DNA of 64,000 nucleotides from an uncultured Flavobacteriales bacterium (GTDB taxonomy: Bacteria > Bacteroidota > Bacteroidia > Flavobacteriales > BACL11): the NCBI GenBank assembly GCA_964004625.1, contig CAXFOB010000033.1, forward strand, positions 23,820 to 87,819, read 5' to 3'. The position numbers were made by a program, and so were the translations under genes. Positions 11,366 through 20,951 of the stretch are shown piece after piece. The notes under the pieces are model-generated. The model worked only from the letters and a program-made list of their open reading frames with translations. It did no database searches and was not told the DNA's origin. Every line of letters begins with the position of its first letter. Position 1 is the stretch's first letter.

Positions 11366-11373
11366 TATTTTTG
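11366..11373 (+). promoter_or_regulatory. -7 promoter element (TATTTTTG) for gcvH-tonB
   Basis: TAnnTTTG match, with an upstream TTTG at 11344-11347 as a possible -33 element. Confidence 0.55.
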
Positions 11374-11388
11374 TAAAAAAATTAGAAA

Positions 11389-11766
11389 ATGAATATTCCA
11401 GAAAATTTAAAATATACAAAAGATCATGAATGGGTAAAGATTGAAGGTGATATTGCAACTATTGGTATAACTTCATTTGCTCAATCAGAATTAGGAGACA
11501 TTGTATTTGTTGAAGTAGATACTGAAGGAGAATTACTCGAGGTAGAGGAAGTTTTTGGCACGATAGAGGCGGTAAAAACAGTTTCAGATTTATTTATGCC
11601 AATTAATGGAGAAGTAACAGAGTTTAATGAAGAATTGGAGGATACTCCTGAATTAATAAATTCTTCTCCATATGATGATGGTTGGATTATTAAATCAACT
11701 ATTTCTGATTATTCTGATTTAGATGTTTTACTTTCATCAGAAGAATATAAAAATTTAATATCATAA
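11389..11766 (+). CDS. gcvH: Glycine cleavage system H protein
   Basis: [23 protein letters not shown], lipoyl site [18 protein letters not shown]. Confidence 0.97.
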   Translation: MNIPENLKYTKDHEWVKIEGDIATIGITSFAQSELGDIVFVEVDTEGELLEVEEVFGTIEAVKTVSDLFMPINGEVTEFNEELEDTPELINSSPYDDGWIIKSTISDYSDLDVLLSSEEYKNLIS

Positions 11767-11770
11767 TATT

Positions 11771-12457
11771 ATGGAGTTAAAGAAAGACCCAAAAGTAGAT
11801 TTAGAGAATAAAAAAGGCATATTCCTTCAGATTGGATTAATTATTTCTTTATTATTAGTTATTGGTGCTTATGAATATAAATCATATGATGGCTTAGATA
11901 TTGATGGATTTGGTGATTTAGAAATGGATGCATTAGATGAAGAAGATATTGAGATTACAAGACCTGAAGAAGTAAAACCTCCTCCTCCACCAGAAGAAAA
12001 ACCACCTGAAGCTCCAGAAGAGATTGAAATAAAAGAGGATGATGAAGAATTAGAGACAGAATTAGATGTTGAAGATGCAGAAACTGATCAGAATGAAATG
12101 ATGGATATGGAAGAAGAATTCTCTGAGCCATTCATTTCTGTTGAACAAATGCCAATGCTAGGAGATTGTTCAGATGAGGCTTGTACTCAAACTGAAATAA
12201 TGAAATTTATTGCAAGAAACTTTAGATACCCAGAAATTGCTAAAGCTAATGGGGTAGAAGGAAGAGTAATTTTAGAGTTTGTTGTAGAAAAGGATGGTAA
12301 AGTAGGCAGAGTAAAAATACTAAGAGGGATAGATAAACATGTGGATAAAGCCTGTGTAAAAGTGGTAGAAGATTTACCTGAATTTTCTCCAGGAAAACAA
12401 ATTGGTAAAGCTGTTCCGGTAAAGTACACCGTACCAATTAAATGTACATTAGGTTAA
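11771..12457 (+). CDS. tonB: Energy transducer TonB
   Basis: N-terminal TM helix, Pro-rich PPPPPEEKPPEAP linker, TonB C-terminal YPEIAKANGVEGRV...FSPGKQ. Confidence 0.92.
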   Translation: MELKKDPKVDLENKKGIFLQIGLIISLLLVIGAYEYKSYDGLDIDGFGDLEMDALDEEDIEITRPEEVKPPPPPEEKPPEAPEEIEIKEDDEELETELDVEDAETDQNEMMDMEEEFSEPFISVEQMPMLGDCSDEACTQTEIMKFIARNFRYPEIAKANGVEGRVILEFVVEKDGKVGRVKILRGIDKHVDKACVKVVEDLPEFSPGKQIGKAVPVKYTVPIKCTLG

Positions 12458-12474
12458 CATCCTCAAACATAGAT

Positions 12475-12513
12475 TAAAAAATAAAAGTCCTATCTCAGGA
12501 CTTTTATTTTTTA
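12475..12513. terminator. Bidirectional terminator between convergent tonB and cysN
   Basis: Perfect 17-bp inverted repeat TAAAAAATAAAAGTCCT-ATCTC-AGGACTTTTATTTTTTA with T runs on both strands. Confidence 0.9.
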
Positions 12514-12533
12514 GTTTTAATAATTAGATAATT

Positions 12534-13802
12534 CTAAATCATCATACCAGCGGCAACTGTTTCATTTGTTGCTTCATCTACTAAAATAACACTGCCTGTA
12601 TTTCTATTTCTTCTGTAGCTATCAAAGAAAAGAGGTTTTGTAGTACGGATAGAAATTCTACCAATATCATTTAGTCCAATCTCTTTATCTTCTTCATTTC
12701 TATGCAATGTGTTAATATCCATTTTATATTTTACCTCTTTTATAATACATCTTACAGTTTGTGAAGTATGTCGGATAGTATATTTCCCTCTAGGCATCAT
12801 TTTTCGTTCAGTCATCCAGCAGACCATTAAATCAACATCTTGTTCAGTAGTAGGTTGATTGTTTTCTCTTACGATCATATCTCCTCTACTAATGTCAATA
12901 TCATCCTCTAGAGTCATGCAAACAGACATAGGTGAAAATGCTTGTACTATCTCACCATCAAAAGTATCGATAGATTTAATTTTTGAAGTGAATCCTGAAG
13001 GAAGTACTGTGACTTCATCACCAACCTTAAACACACCCCCTGCTATTCTTCCAGCATAACCTCTATAATCAGGATATTGTACAGATTGTGGTCTTATAAC
13101 ATATTGTACTGGAAATCTACAATCTACATGATTATGGTCTGAACCAATATGTATATTTTCCAATAGGTGCATTAAGGTTGAACCATCATACCAATCCATA
13201 TTTTCAGATCTATCAACAACATTATCTCCATTTAAAGCGGAAATTGGAATAAAACGAACATCTTTAATTTCTAATTTTGTTGAAAAATTCTCAAATTCCT
13301 TTTTAATTTTGTCAAAAACTTCTTTACTGTGGTCAACTAAATCCATTTTATTTATACAAACTGCAATATGTGGAATTTGTAAAAGAGATGCAATAAACGC
13401 ATGTCTTTTAGTTTGTTCAATTACTCCATGTCTTGCATCTACTAATAAAAGGGCTAAGTTTGCAGTTGATGCTCCTGTAACCATATTCCTAGTATACTGA
13501 ATATGCCCAGGCGTATCTGCTATAATAAATTTTCTTTTGGGGGTTGCAAAGTATCTATATGCAACATCAATGGTAATTCCTTGTTCTCTTTCCGATCTTA
13601 ATCCATCCGTAAGTAGAGCTAGGTTAATCCCCTCTTCTCCTCTTTGCTTACTTGTTTCTTCAAGTATATCCATTTGATCTTCAAAAATCGCTTTACTATC
13701 ATAAAGTAATCTTCCAATCAAAGTACTTTTACCGTCATCTACACTTCCAGCAGTAGTGAAGCGCAATAACTCCATATTTAAATATCCTTTTGTTTCGTTC
13801 AT
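12534..13802 (-). CDS. cysN: Sulfate adenylyltransferase subunit 1
   Basis: LLRFTTAGSVDDGKSTLIGRLL, EREQGITIDVAY, DTPGH, NKMD. Start moved to ATG 13802 (MNETKG) because the track start overlaps cysD. Confidence 0.95.
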   Translation of the reverse strand: MNETKGYLNMELLRFTTAGSVDDGKSTLIGRLLYDSKAIFEDQMDILEETSKQRGEEGINLALLTDGLRSEREQGITIDVAYRYFATPKRKFIIADTPGHIQYTRNMVTGASTANLALLLVDARHGVIEQTKRHAFIASLLQIPHIAVCINKMDLVDHSKEVFDKIKKEFENFSTKLEIKDVRFIPISALNGDNVVDRSENMDWYDGSTLMHLLENIHIGSDHNHVDCRFPVQYVIRPQSVQYPDYRGYAGRIAGGVFKVGDEVTVLPSGFTSKIKSIDTFDGEIVQAFSPMSVCMTLEDDIDISRGDMIVRENNQPTTEQDVDLMVCWMTERKMMPRGKYTIRHTSQTVRCIIKEVKYKMDINTLHRNEEDKEIGLNDIGRISIRTTKPLFFDSYRRNRNTGSVILVDEATNETVAAGMMI

Positions 13803-13815
13803 AGTTTTATCTTTT

Positions 13816-14721
13816 TTAAAAGTACCCCTCTTTCTTCCTATCTTCCATAGCAGCTTCTGATCTTTTATCGTCTGCTCTTCCTCCTCTTTCAGTAATTCTA
13901 GTAGATGCAACTTCTTCAACAATCTCTTCTAAGTCATTTGCCTCTGATTCTGCAACACCCGTACAGGTCATATCTCCAATAGTTCTACATCTTACTGTTT
14001 TTTCTTCCCATTTTTCCCCATCTTTTAGAGTAATATAATCGCATTTAGATAATAGAACCCCATCACGATTTACAACTTCTCTTTGGTGAGAAAAATATAA
14101 TGAAGGTAATGATATTTTTTCGTATAAAATATATTGCCATACATCCATCTCAGTCCAATTTGAAATCGGGAATACTCTAAAGTGTTCTCCTAGTTTCTTT
14201 CTTCCATTAAATAGATTCCAAAGTTCTGGTCTTTGATTTTTTGGGTCCCATTGTCCAAACTCATCCCTGTGTGAGAAAAACCTTTCTTTAGCTCTTGCTT
14301 TTTCTTCATCTCTTCTAGCTCCTCCCATTGCACAGTCATATTTTCCTTCTTCTAGACCCTCTAAAAGTGTAACAGTTTGAAGTCCATTTCTAGAAGGGTT
14401 TGGGCCAGTTTCTTCTACAGCAGTTCCTTTATCAATAGAATCTTGAACATATTTTACGATTAAAGTTTCTCCGGTTTCTTTCATTAATCTATCTCTAAAT
14501 TCAATAGTTTCTGGGAAGTTATGACCAGTATCTACATGCATTAAAGGAAATGGGATTTTACCAGGATAAAATGCCTTTCTGGCAAGATGAAACATAATAA
14601 TAGAATCTTTTCCTCCAGAAAATAACATTACAGGCTTTTCAAATTGTGCAGCTACCTCTCTTAGGATAAAAATTGCTTCTGATTCTAATTCTTTTAAGTG
14701 TGTTAAATTATACGAACTCAT
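13816..14721 (-). CDS. cysD: Sulfate adenylyltransferase subunit 2
   Basis: LFSGGKDS, HVDTG, GGARRDEEKARAKER, MEDRKKEGYF. Confidence 0.97.
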   Translation of the reverse strand: MSSYNLTHLKELESEAIFILREVAAQFEKPVMLFSGGKDSIIMFHLARKAFYPGKIPFPLMHVDTGHNFPETIEFRDRLMKETGETLIVKYVQDSIDKGTAVEETGPNPSRNGLQTVTLLEGLEEGKYDCAMGGARRDEEKARAKERFFSHRDEFGQWDPKNQRPELWNLFNGRKKLGEHFRVFPISNWTEMDVWQYILYEKISLPSLYFSHQREVVNRDGVLLSKCDYITLKDGEKWEEKTVRCRTIGDMTCTGVAESEANDLEEIVEEVASTRITERGGRADDKRSEAAMEDRKKEGYF

Positions 14722-14723
14722 TT

Positions 14724-15332
14724 TTATTTGTTTTTAATAATCGGTAAAATATAATCTAAAACTTTTTGCACCGATTCATCTATTGAAAGTTTAGATGTAT
14801 TGATTTCTATTTCAGGATTTTCTGGAGCTTCAAATGGAGAACTTATTCCAGTAAAATCTTTTATTTCTCCTTTTCTAGCTTTCTTATAAAGACCTTTCAC
14901 ATCTCTTTCTTCACAAGTTTCCAATGATGCATTAATATAAACTTCAATAAAGTTTTCTACTCCAACTATTTCTTTAGCAATGTTTCTGATTTCAATTGTT
15001 GGACTTACAAAACAATTTAATGTTACAATGCCACAATTTAAAAACAACCTACTTACTTCAGCAATTCTTCTGATATTCTCTGCTCTATCTTCACAAGAAA
15101 AAGTGAGATTATTACTTATTCCTACTCTAATATTATCCCCATCTAGAAGCTGATTTAATATTCCATTATTATGCAGGTATCTCTCGACACCTTTAGCAAT
15201 AGTTGTTTTACCAGATCCAGAAAGTCCTGTCATCCAAATCACTTTTGATTTTTGTTGTAGTAAAGATTCTTTATCTTCTCTTTGAAGAATATCATCAAAA
15301 ATGGTAAATATATTTTCTTTTGACTCTTTCAT
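14724..15332 (-). CDS. cysC: Adenylyl-sulfate (APS) kinase
   Basis: WMTGLSGSGKTT P-loop, LDGDNIR, RDVKGLYKKARKGEIKDFTGISSPFE. Confidence 0.97.
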   Translation of the reverse strand: MKESKENIFTIFDDILQREDKESLLQQKSKVIWMTGLSGSGKTTIAKGVERYLHNNGILNQLLDGDNIRVGISNNLTFSCEDRAENIRRIAEVSRLFLNCGIVTLNCFVSPTIEIRNIAKEIVGVENFIEVYINASLETCEERDVKGLYKKARKGEIKDFTGISSPFEAPENPEIEINTSKLSIDESVQKVLDYILPIIKNK

Positions 15333-15344
15333 AATTTAAGTGGG

Positions 15345-15407
15345 CAAATCTAACAAAAATATCTGAATCTAAAATTGTGAAAAATATGTATAAAATTAGT
15401 AGGTTTG
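15345..15407. promoter_or_regulatory. Divergent promoter pair for cysCDN (minus, TAGATTTG 15352-15345) and deoC-cysQ-wzx... (plus, TAGGTTTG 15400-15407)
   Basis: Two back-to-back TAnnTTTG matches in the short intergenic region. Confidence 0.55.
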
Positions 15408-15424
15408 TGAGAAATTCTTATTAT

Positions 15425-16132
15425 ATGAACATTGAAGATTATTTAGATTCAACTTATCTGAAAACTGCAGAACAAGCAATGATCTCTGAAGAAGAAAATA
15501 GGAATAATATTAAGGGTTTGATTAATGAGGCGATTAAACATAATTTTAAGTTAGTTATGATTCGTCCAAAGTATATTACTCTAGCTAAGGAATTGATAAA
15601 AAAATCTAAATCAAATGTTTTAGTTGGTACTGTAGTAGATTTCCCTCTTGGAGATTCTCCAACAGAGGATAAAATTAAAGAAGCCAAAGATGTAATAGAA
15701 TTAGGAGTGGATGATGTCGACTATGTTGCGGATTATAATATTTTTAAACAAAAAAGATTTGACAAATTTGATTTAGATATTTTAGAAGGAACAAGGTTAG
15801 GAGTAATTCATAATAAGACCGTAAAATGGATAATTGAAACAGGAGCTCTTTCTGTAGAAGAGATAAAAAGTATAACAAAACGAATTTCTCAAATTGTTTC
15901 AAAAGAGTTTTCTGATTATGTAGAAAAGGTCTTTATCAAAACTTCAACAGGTTATTATGGAGGCTTTGGAGCTACAATAAAAGATGTTAAAGTAATGAGA
16001 TCTGTATCTGGAGATTTACCTATAAAAGCTTCTGGTGGGGTGTCTAATTTTTCTGATTTTTCACAAATGATTGCGGCGGGAGCTACTAGAATTGGGACGT
16101 CAAAAGCATTAAAAATATTTAAAAAAGAATAA
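15425..16132 (+). CDS. deoC: Deoxyribose-phosphate aldolase (DeoC family)
   Basis: GTVVDFPLG, KWIIET, FIKTSTG, IKASGGV, AGATRIGTS. Start moved to ATG 15425, downstream of the promoter motif. Confidence 0.9.
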   Translation: MNIEDYLDSTYLKTAEQAMISEEENRNNIKGLINEAIKHNFKLVMIRPKYITLAKELIKKSKSNVLVGTVVDFPLGDSPTEDKIKEAKDVIELGVDDVDYVADYNIFKQKRFDKFDLDILEGTRLGVIHNKTVKWIIETGALSVEEIKSITKRISQIVSKEFSDYVEKVFIKTSTGYYGGFGATIKDVKVMRSVSGDLPIKASGGVSNFSDFSQMIAAGATRIGTSKALKIFKKE

Positions 16133-16150
16133 AAGAAAAACAAGTAAAAA

Positions 16151-16945
16151 ATGCGTTTTAACGAATTATTAAAAACCGCAATAAATGCCTCTATTGAGGG
16201 GGGGCATGCTATAATGAAGGTGTATGCTTCAGAATTTTCTGTAGAGCATAAAGATGACCAGTCACCTTTAACCTTAGCAGATAAAAATTGTAATGAGGTA
16301 ATCGAGAGTTTTCTTAAAAACACCCATATTCCTATATTAAGTGAAGAAGGAGCTAAGATTCCTTATTTAGAAAGAAAAGATTGGGAATATTCTTGGCTAA
16401 TAGACCCATTAGACGGAACAAAAGAGTTTATTAAAAGAAATGGGGAATTTACAGTAAATATTGCATTAATACATAAAGGGCATCCTGTTATGGGAGTTAT
16501 TTATGTTCCTGTAAAAGAAGATCTTTATTTTGCACTTGATGGAATGGGGTCTTATAAGAAATCCTTTTGTGTTGATACTATAGATGATTTGGAAAACCTT
16601 ATATCTTTGTCTTGTTCTTTACCAATTAAATCAGAAAGAGATTCCTATATTGTTGTTGGGTCAAGATCTCATATGACAAAAGAAACAGAAATGTTTTTTG
16701 AGAAAAAGAAACAAGAACATGGTAATGTTGAGGTGATGGCCGTTGGTTCTTCATTAAAACTTTGTATGGTTGCAGAAGGGAAAGCAGATTCTTATCCTAG
16801 ATATGCTCCTACTATGGAATGGGATACTGCAGCTGGAGATGCGATTTGTAGAATGGCAGGATTTCGGGTTTTACAATACAATTCTGATAAACCTGTCGAA
16901 TACAATAAAGAAGATTTATTAAATCCTTGGTTCTTGGTAAAATAA
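16151..16945 (+). CDS. cysQ: 3'(2'),5'-bisphosphate nucleotidase (PAP phosphatase)
   Basis: KDDQSPLTLAD, ILSEE, WLIDPLDGTKEF, GSSLK, TMEWDTAAG. Confidence 0.95.
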   Translation: MRFNELLKTAINASIEGGHAIMKVYASEFSVEHKDDQSPLTLADKNCNEVIESFLKNTHIPILSEEGAKIPYLERKDWEYSWLIDPLDGTKEFIKRNGEFTVNIALIHKGHPVMGVIYVPVKEDLYFALDGMGSYKKSFCVDTIDDLENLISLSCSLPIKSERDSYIVVGSRSHMTKETEMFFEKKKQEHGNVEVMAVGSSLKLCMVAEGKADSYPRYAPTMEWDTAAGDAICRMAGFRVLQYNSDKPVEYNKEDLLNPWFLVK

Positions 16946-16949
16946 ATCA

Positions 16950-18278
16950 ATGAAAGAAAAGTTAAAATCATCATTAAAAGATAAAGATTTTTCGGAACTT
17001 TTAAGAGGAAGTGGACTTTCCTTTTTTTTAAGGTCTGGAGGATTAGCAGCAGGATATCTTTTAACGTTAATAATTGCACATTTATTTGGTGCAAAAGGAT
17101 TAGGAGATTACGTTCTTGCAATTACCGTTTTACGACTTTTTACTCTTTTAGCAAAACTAGGATTAGATACAACGTCCATTAGATTTATCGCTTCTTTTGC
17201 AAGCAAAAACAAATGGACTAGTATTTTTAACTTTAGAAGAAAAATAGTTTTTGTTTTATTGTTTAGCTCTCTTACTTTTTCTGCTTTAATGTATTTTTTA
17301 GCACATCCTATTGCAGATTTAATTAATGCAAAAGTAGAGTACATAAAGTTAAATGCATTTTTTGTTTTACCTATGTCCTTTTTTATGTTGCATTATCAGA
17401 GTTTAAGAGGTCTTAAGCGAATTGCTGAATTTTCTTTTTTCTATAGAATGTCGCAAGCTTTATTTACAGTAATATCTATTGTAGTTATATATCAATTTTT
17501 TCAAGATGAAGAGGTTCCTGTATATGCTTATTTGGTTTCTTTACTATTGGTATCATTTTTATCTTTCCTTACTTTTAAATACTGGTTAAATAACAAATCT
17601 AGTGGAATAGAAAGTGCAGAACTTGAAGTTTTAAAATATTCTCAGATATTAAAAATTTCTATTCCATTAATGTTTGCACAATCAGTTCAGTTCATTATGG
17701 CATGGACAGATAAACTTATGTTAGGATCTATGACTACTATAGAGGATGTTGGTATTTATCACACTGCTTTTAAATTATCAATGTTTGCGGCTGTTGCATT
17801 GATGTCGGTAAATAGTATTGCTTCTCCAAAATTTGCTGAAATGTTTGCTAAAAATGATATGGAAGGATTAAAAAAGGTGGTACATCAGTCTACAAAAATG
17901 ATATTTTGGTCTTCCGTTCCCTTTGTTGTAGTATTTTTTATTTTTCCACACTTTTTATTAGGTCTTTTCGGAGAAGAGTTTAAAATTGGTGTAACTGCAT
18001 TTATCTTCTTATCTTGCGGAAGATTAATAAGCTCTCTATCAGGTTCGGTAGGAAATATCTTACAAATGACAGGTAATCAAAATATTTATGCTAGTATATT
18101 ACTTATAGGAGCACTTTTAAATATTGTTCTCAATCTTATTTTAATTCCTTTATACGGAATAAATGGAGCGGCACTAGCATCAATGTCAAGTTTAATTGTT
18201 TGGAATTTAAGTATGGTACTTGTTGTAAAAAAGAAATTCGGTTTTTATACTTTTTATATACCTTTTATAAATAAATGA
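16950..18278 (+). CDS. wzx: Polysaccharide flippase (Wzx family)
   Basis: Highly hydrophobic multi-TM protein. TDKLMLG...VGIY and NIVLNLILIPLYGINGAALA motifs. Confidence 0.88.
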   Translation: MKEKLKSSLKDKDFSELLRGSGLSFFLRSGGLAAGYLLTLIIAHLFGAKGLGDYVLAITVLRLFTLLAKLGLDTTSIRFIASFASKNKWTSIFNFRRKIVFVLLFSSLTFSALMYFLAHPIADLINAKVEYIKLNAFFVLPMSFFMLHYQSLRGLKRIAEFSFFYRMSQALFTVISIVVIYQFFQDEEVPVYAYLVSLLLVSFLSFLTFKYWLNNKSSGIESAELEVLKYSQILKISIPLMFAQSVQFIMAWTDKLMLGSMTTIEDVGIYHTAFKLSMFAAVALMSVNSIASPKFAEMFAKNDMEGLKKVVHQSTKMIFWSSVPFVVVFFIFPHFLLGLFGEEFKIGVTAFIFLSCGRLISSLSGSVGNILQMTGNQNIYASILLIGALLNIVLNLILIPLYGINGAALASMSSLIVWNLSMVLVVKKKFGFYTFYIPFINK

Positions 18279-19183
18279 AGAAAAGACTACCAAATTTTTT
18301 GATTGTTGGAGCTGCGAAAAGCGGCACCTCTTCTTTGCATAATTATTTAAACCAACATAAGGATATTTTTATGCCTTCATATAATAATAAGGGAATGAAG
18401 GTAAAAGAACCAAGGTTCCTCATAAAAGATTTGGTAGAACATAGATTGCATAATGGAATTTGGTCTTGGGAAGAGTATCAATCTTTGTTTGATTCTGTCA
18501 AGAAAGAAAAAGCGATTGGAGAGTCCACAGTTCTTTATTTGTATTATTATGAGTATGCAATTAATAATATTAAAAAACTCCTAGGGGATGATATAAAGAT
18601 TATTATCATGTTGAGAAGTCCCACTGATAGGGCCTATTCCGCATTTCAACATGTTTCTAGAGGATTTAAAGAGCAACATTCTTTTGAAGAGGCTTTAGAA
18701 ATAGAAGAGGGAAGATTAGATAGAAATCCAGAGTTGACGCCAATGGTTATGTACAAAGAAATGGGGATGTATTCTAAAATGGTACAAGCATATAAAAACG
18801 CATTTGAAAATGTTCATATTATATTATATGAAGATTTTAGAGATAATACCAAAGAAGAAATAATGAAAACATTTACGTTTTTAGAATTAAGTAAAGATGA
18901 AAATATAGATTTTATAACACAACATAATGTTGGAGGTAAAAGGTGGAAGAATAACCACATCAAATATATTTTCATGAATCAAAATCCAATCAAGTCGATA
19001 TTAAAAATTTTAATACCAAACAAAATTAGAGCTTCTTTGAGAAAGAAGCTGGTAAATATCTCAACAAATAAGGTAGAGGAAATGAATGATCAAACTCGAG
19101 AAAAACTAAATAGTATCTTTAAAGAGGATGTTAAGAAATTATCTAAAATAATAAATAGAGATGTAACTCATTGGACTAAATAA
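18275..19183 (+). CDS. PAPS-dependent sulfotransferase 1
   Basis: 5'-PSB loop PNFLIVGAAKSGTSSL, KEP, 3'-PB IIMLRSPTDRAYS. Confidence 0.92.
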   Translation: MKKRLPNFLIVGAAKSGTSSLHNYLNQHKDIFMPSYNNKGMKVKEPRFLIKDLVEHRLHNGIWSWEEYQSLFDSVKKEKAIGESTVLYLYYYEYAINNIKKLLGDDIKIIIMLRSPTDRAYSAFQHVSRGFKEQHSFEEALEIEEGRLDRNPELTPMVMYKEMGMYSKMVQAYKNAFENVHIILYEDFRDNTKEEIMKTFTFLELSKDENIDFITQHNVGGKRWKNNHIKYIFMNQNPIKSILKILIPNKIRASLRKKLVNISTNKVEEMNDQTREKLNSIFKEDVKKLSKIINRDVTHWTK

Positions 19184-20073
19184 TGGCTAAACCAAATTTA
19201 TTAATAGTAGGAGCGGCAAAAAGTGGTACCACGTCTTTGCATAATTATTTAAATCATCATGATGATGTTTTTATGTGTAACCCAAAGGAGCCCCATTTTC
19301 TAATTAATAATGAAATAGGAATAGATAGAATTCCGATAGGAGTTACAAAGCAAGAGGAATATGAGAATTTATTTTTAGAAGGATCAGAATTAAAATACAG
19401 AGGAGAATCTTCTGTTATGTATTTAATGTATCCAGAAATTGTAACAAAAAATATTAAAAAGTATTTAGGAGAGGATACAAAGATTATTATTATGTTGAGA
19501 AATCCTGTTGAGAGAGCCTATTCTGGTTACCAACATGTAAAAAGATATAATATGAAAGAGGATTTTACGGATTTTAAAACTGCTTGGGAGGTTTCAGAAG
19601 AAAGGTACTTTATCAATAAAAGTATGACTCCAGCATCACGATATAAGGAGTTAGGTTTGTATTACAAACAGGTGAAATATTTCATGGAAGAGTTTCGGAA
19701 TCTACATATTATTATTTATGAAGATTATAAATCTGACTTTCAGTCTGAAATCAATAAAGTTTTTGATTTTTTAGGCATAGTAAGAATTGATATCAACCCT
19801 GAAGAAAAGCATATGGTAGGAGGTTGGCAGTGGGAAAATGATAGTATTAAGAAACTAATGATACAGAAAAACCCCATTAAATCATTATTTAAATTTCTTC
19901 TTCCTTTTGAATCCTTAAGAAAAAATATTCGTAAGAATATTCAGAAAAGAAACACGATAGTGGTTCCTAGTATTTCTGATGAGGATGAACAAATGTTAAA
20001 GCAGTTCTATTATGAAGATGTAAGAAAGTTATCCAATTTATTAGGTAGGGATTTAAACCATTGGACAAAATGA
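19183..20073 (+). CDS. PAPS-dependent sulfotransferase 2
   Basis: LIVGAAKSGTTSL, KEPHF, IIMLRNPVERAYS. Confidence 0.92.
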   Translation: MAKPNLLIVGAAKSGTTSLHNYLNHHDDVFMCNPKEPHFLINNEIGIDRIPIGVTKQEEYENLFLEGSELKYRGESSVMYLMYPEIVTKNIKKYLGEDTKIIIMLRNPVERAYSGYQHVKRYNMKEDFTDFKTAWEVSEERYFINKSMTPASRYKELGLYYKQVKYFMEEFRNLHIIIYEDYKSDFQSEINKVFDFLGIVRIDINPEEKHMVGGWQWENDSIKKLMIQKNPIKSLFKFLLPFESLRKNIRKNIQKRNTIVVPSISDEDEQMLKQFYYEDVRKLSNLLGRDLNHWTK

Positions 20074-20951
20074 GTTTGCCAAATTTCATATGTTTAGGTG
20101 CAGCTAAAAGTGGAACCACTACTTTGTGTGATATTTTACGTCAACATCCAGAAATTTATATTCCATCTTTTAAAGAACCTCATTTCTTTGATATTCCTGA
20201 AAACTATAAGAATGGAATAGATTGGTATAAAAAGAATTATTATAGAAATGCACTAGCCAAGGTCATTGCTGACTTTACACCTTCTTATTTTTTTGACAAA
20301 GAAGCTCCAAAACGAATTTTTGAATCTTTAGGAGGTAAGGTAAAATTTGTTGTCATTCTTAGAAATCCTGTAGACAGAGCTTATTCTCATTATTTGCATT
20401 CTAAAAGAGATGATCATGAAGATTTAGAATTTAAAGAAGCTATACAGCATGAAAGTTCAAGGCTGAAACAATATGAAGAAAGTGGTGATTATCTATCTTA
20501 TTTAAGACAATCATATGTAAGTCAAGGGTTATACTATGATATGTTAGCAAGATATTTAGAATATTTTTCATTAGATAATTTCCTATTTATCCAATTTGAG
20601 GAAGAATTTATAAAACATCGAGAAGAAACAATTATTAAAATTTTAAATTTTCTTGAAATTAAGAATTTTAATTTGAAAACAGATATAAAAAGTAATCCTG
20701 CAAGTAAAGAAAAATCGAAAACTTTAAAAAGAATAATGAAAAAGAAAGGTTGGTGGAGGAAAATATTGAAGTTTTTAGTTCCTTCAATTCAATTACGACA
20801 AATTATCAGAAATAAGATACAACGAGCCAATATTATAGAAATTAAGGCAGGTAAATTGTCAGATGATTTAAAAAAAGAAATTTACAGAAATTATTTTTCT
20901 GAACAAATTGATTCTTTTAGTAAAATCTCAAATAAAAAAATATCATGGTGA
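20070..20951 (+). CDS. PAPS-dependent sulfotransferase 3
   Basis: PNFICLGAAKSGTTTL, KEPHFFD, DFTPSYF, ILRNPVDRAYSHY. ATG 20070 overlaps the previous stop (ATGA). Confidence 0.92.
   Translation: MSLPNFICLGAAKSGTTTLCDILRQHPEIYIPSFKEPHFFDIPENYKNGIDWYKKNYYRNALAKVIADFTPSYFFDKEAPKRIFESLGGKVKFVVILRNPVDRAYSHYLHSKRDDHEDLEFKEAIQHESSRLKQYEESGDYLSYLRQSYVSQGLYYDMLARYLEYFSLDNFLFIQFEEEFIKHREETIIKILNFLEIKNFNLKTDIKSNPASKEKSKTLKRIMKKKGWWRKILKFLVPSIQLRQIIRNKIQRANIIEIKAGKLSDDLKKEIYRNYFSEQIDSFSKISNKKISW

Noticed and set aside
1320..12457. maeB-ruvA-sprA-gcvH-tonB as a novel functional grouping
   Set aside because: This neighbourhood is a familiar conserved arrangement in Flavobacteria.
13803..13922. N-terminal extension of CysN, and similar extensions on deoC, tsaB, the DPM1-like gene, tyrS, gpmI, kynU, the cyclase and ALDH
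   Set aside because: These are longest-ORF artefacts: the extensions overlap upstream genes or begin at a TTG inside the promoter motif, and family motifs begin at the downstream start.
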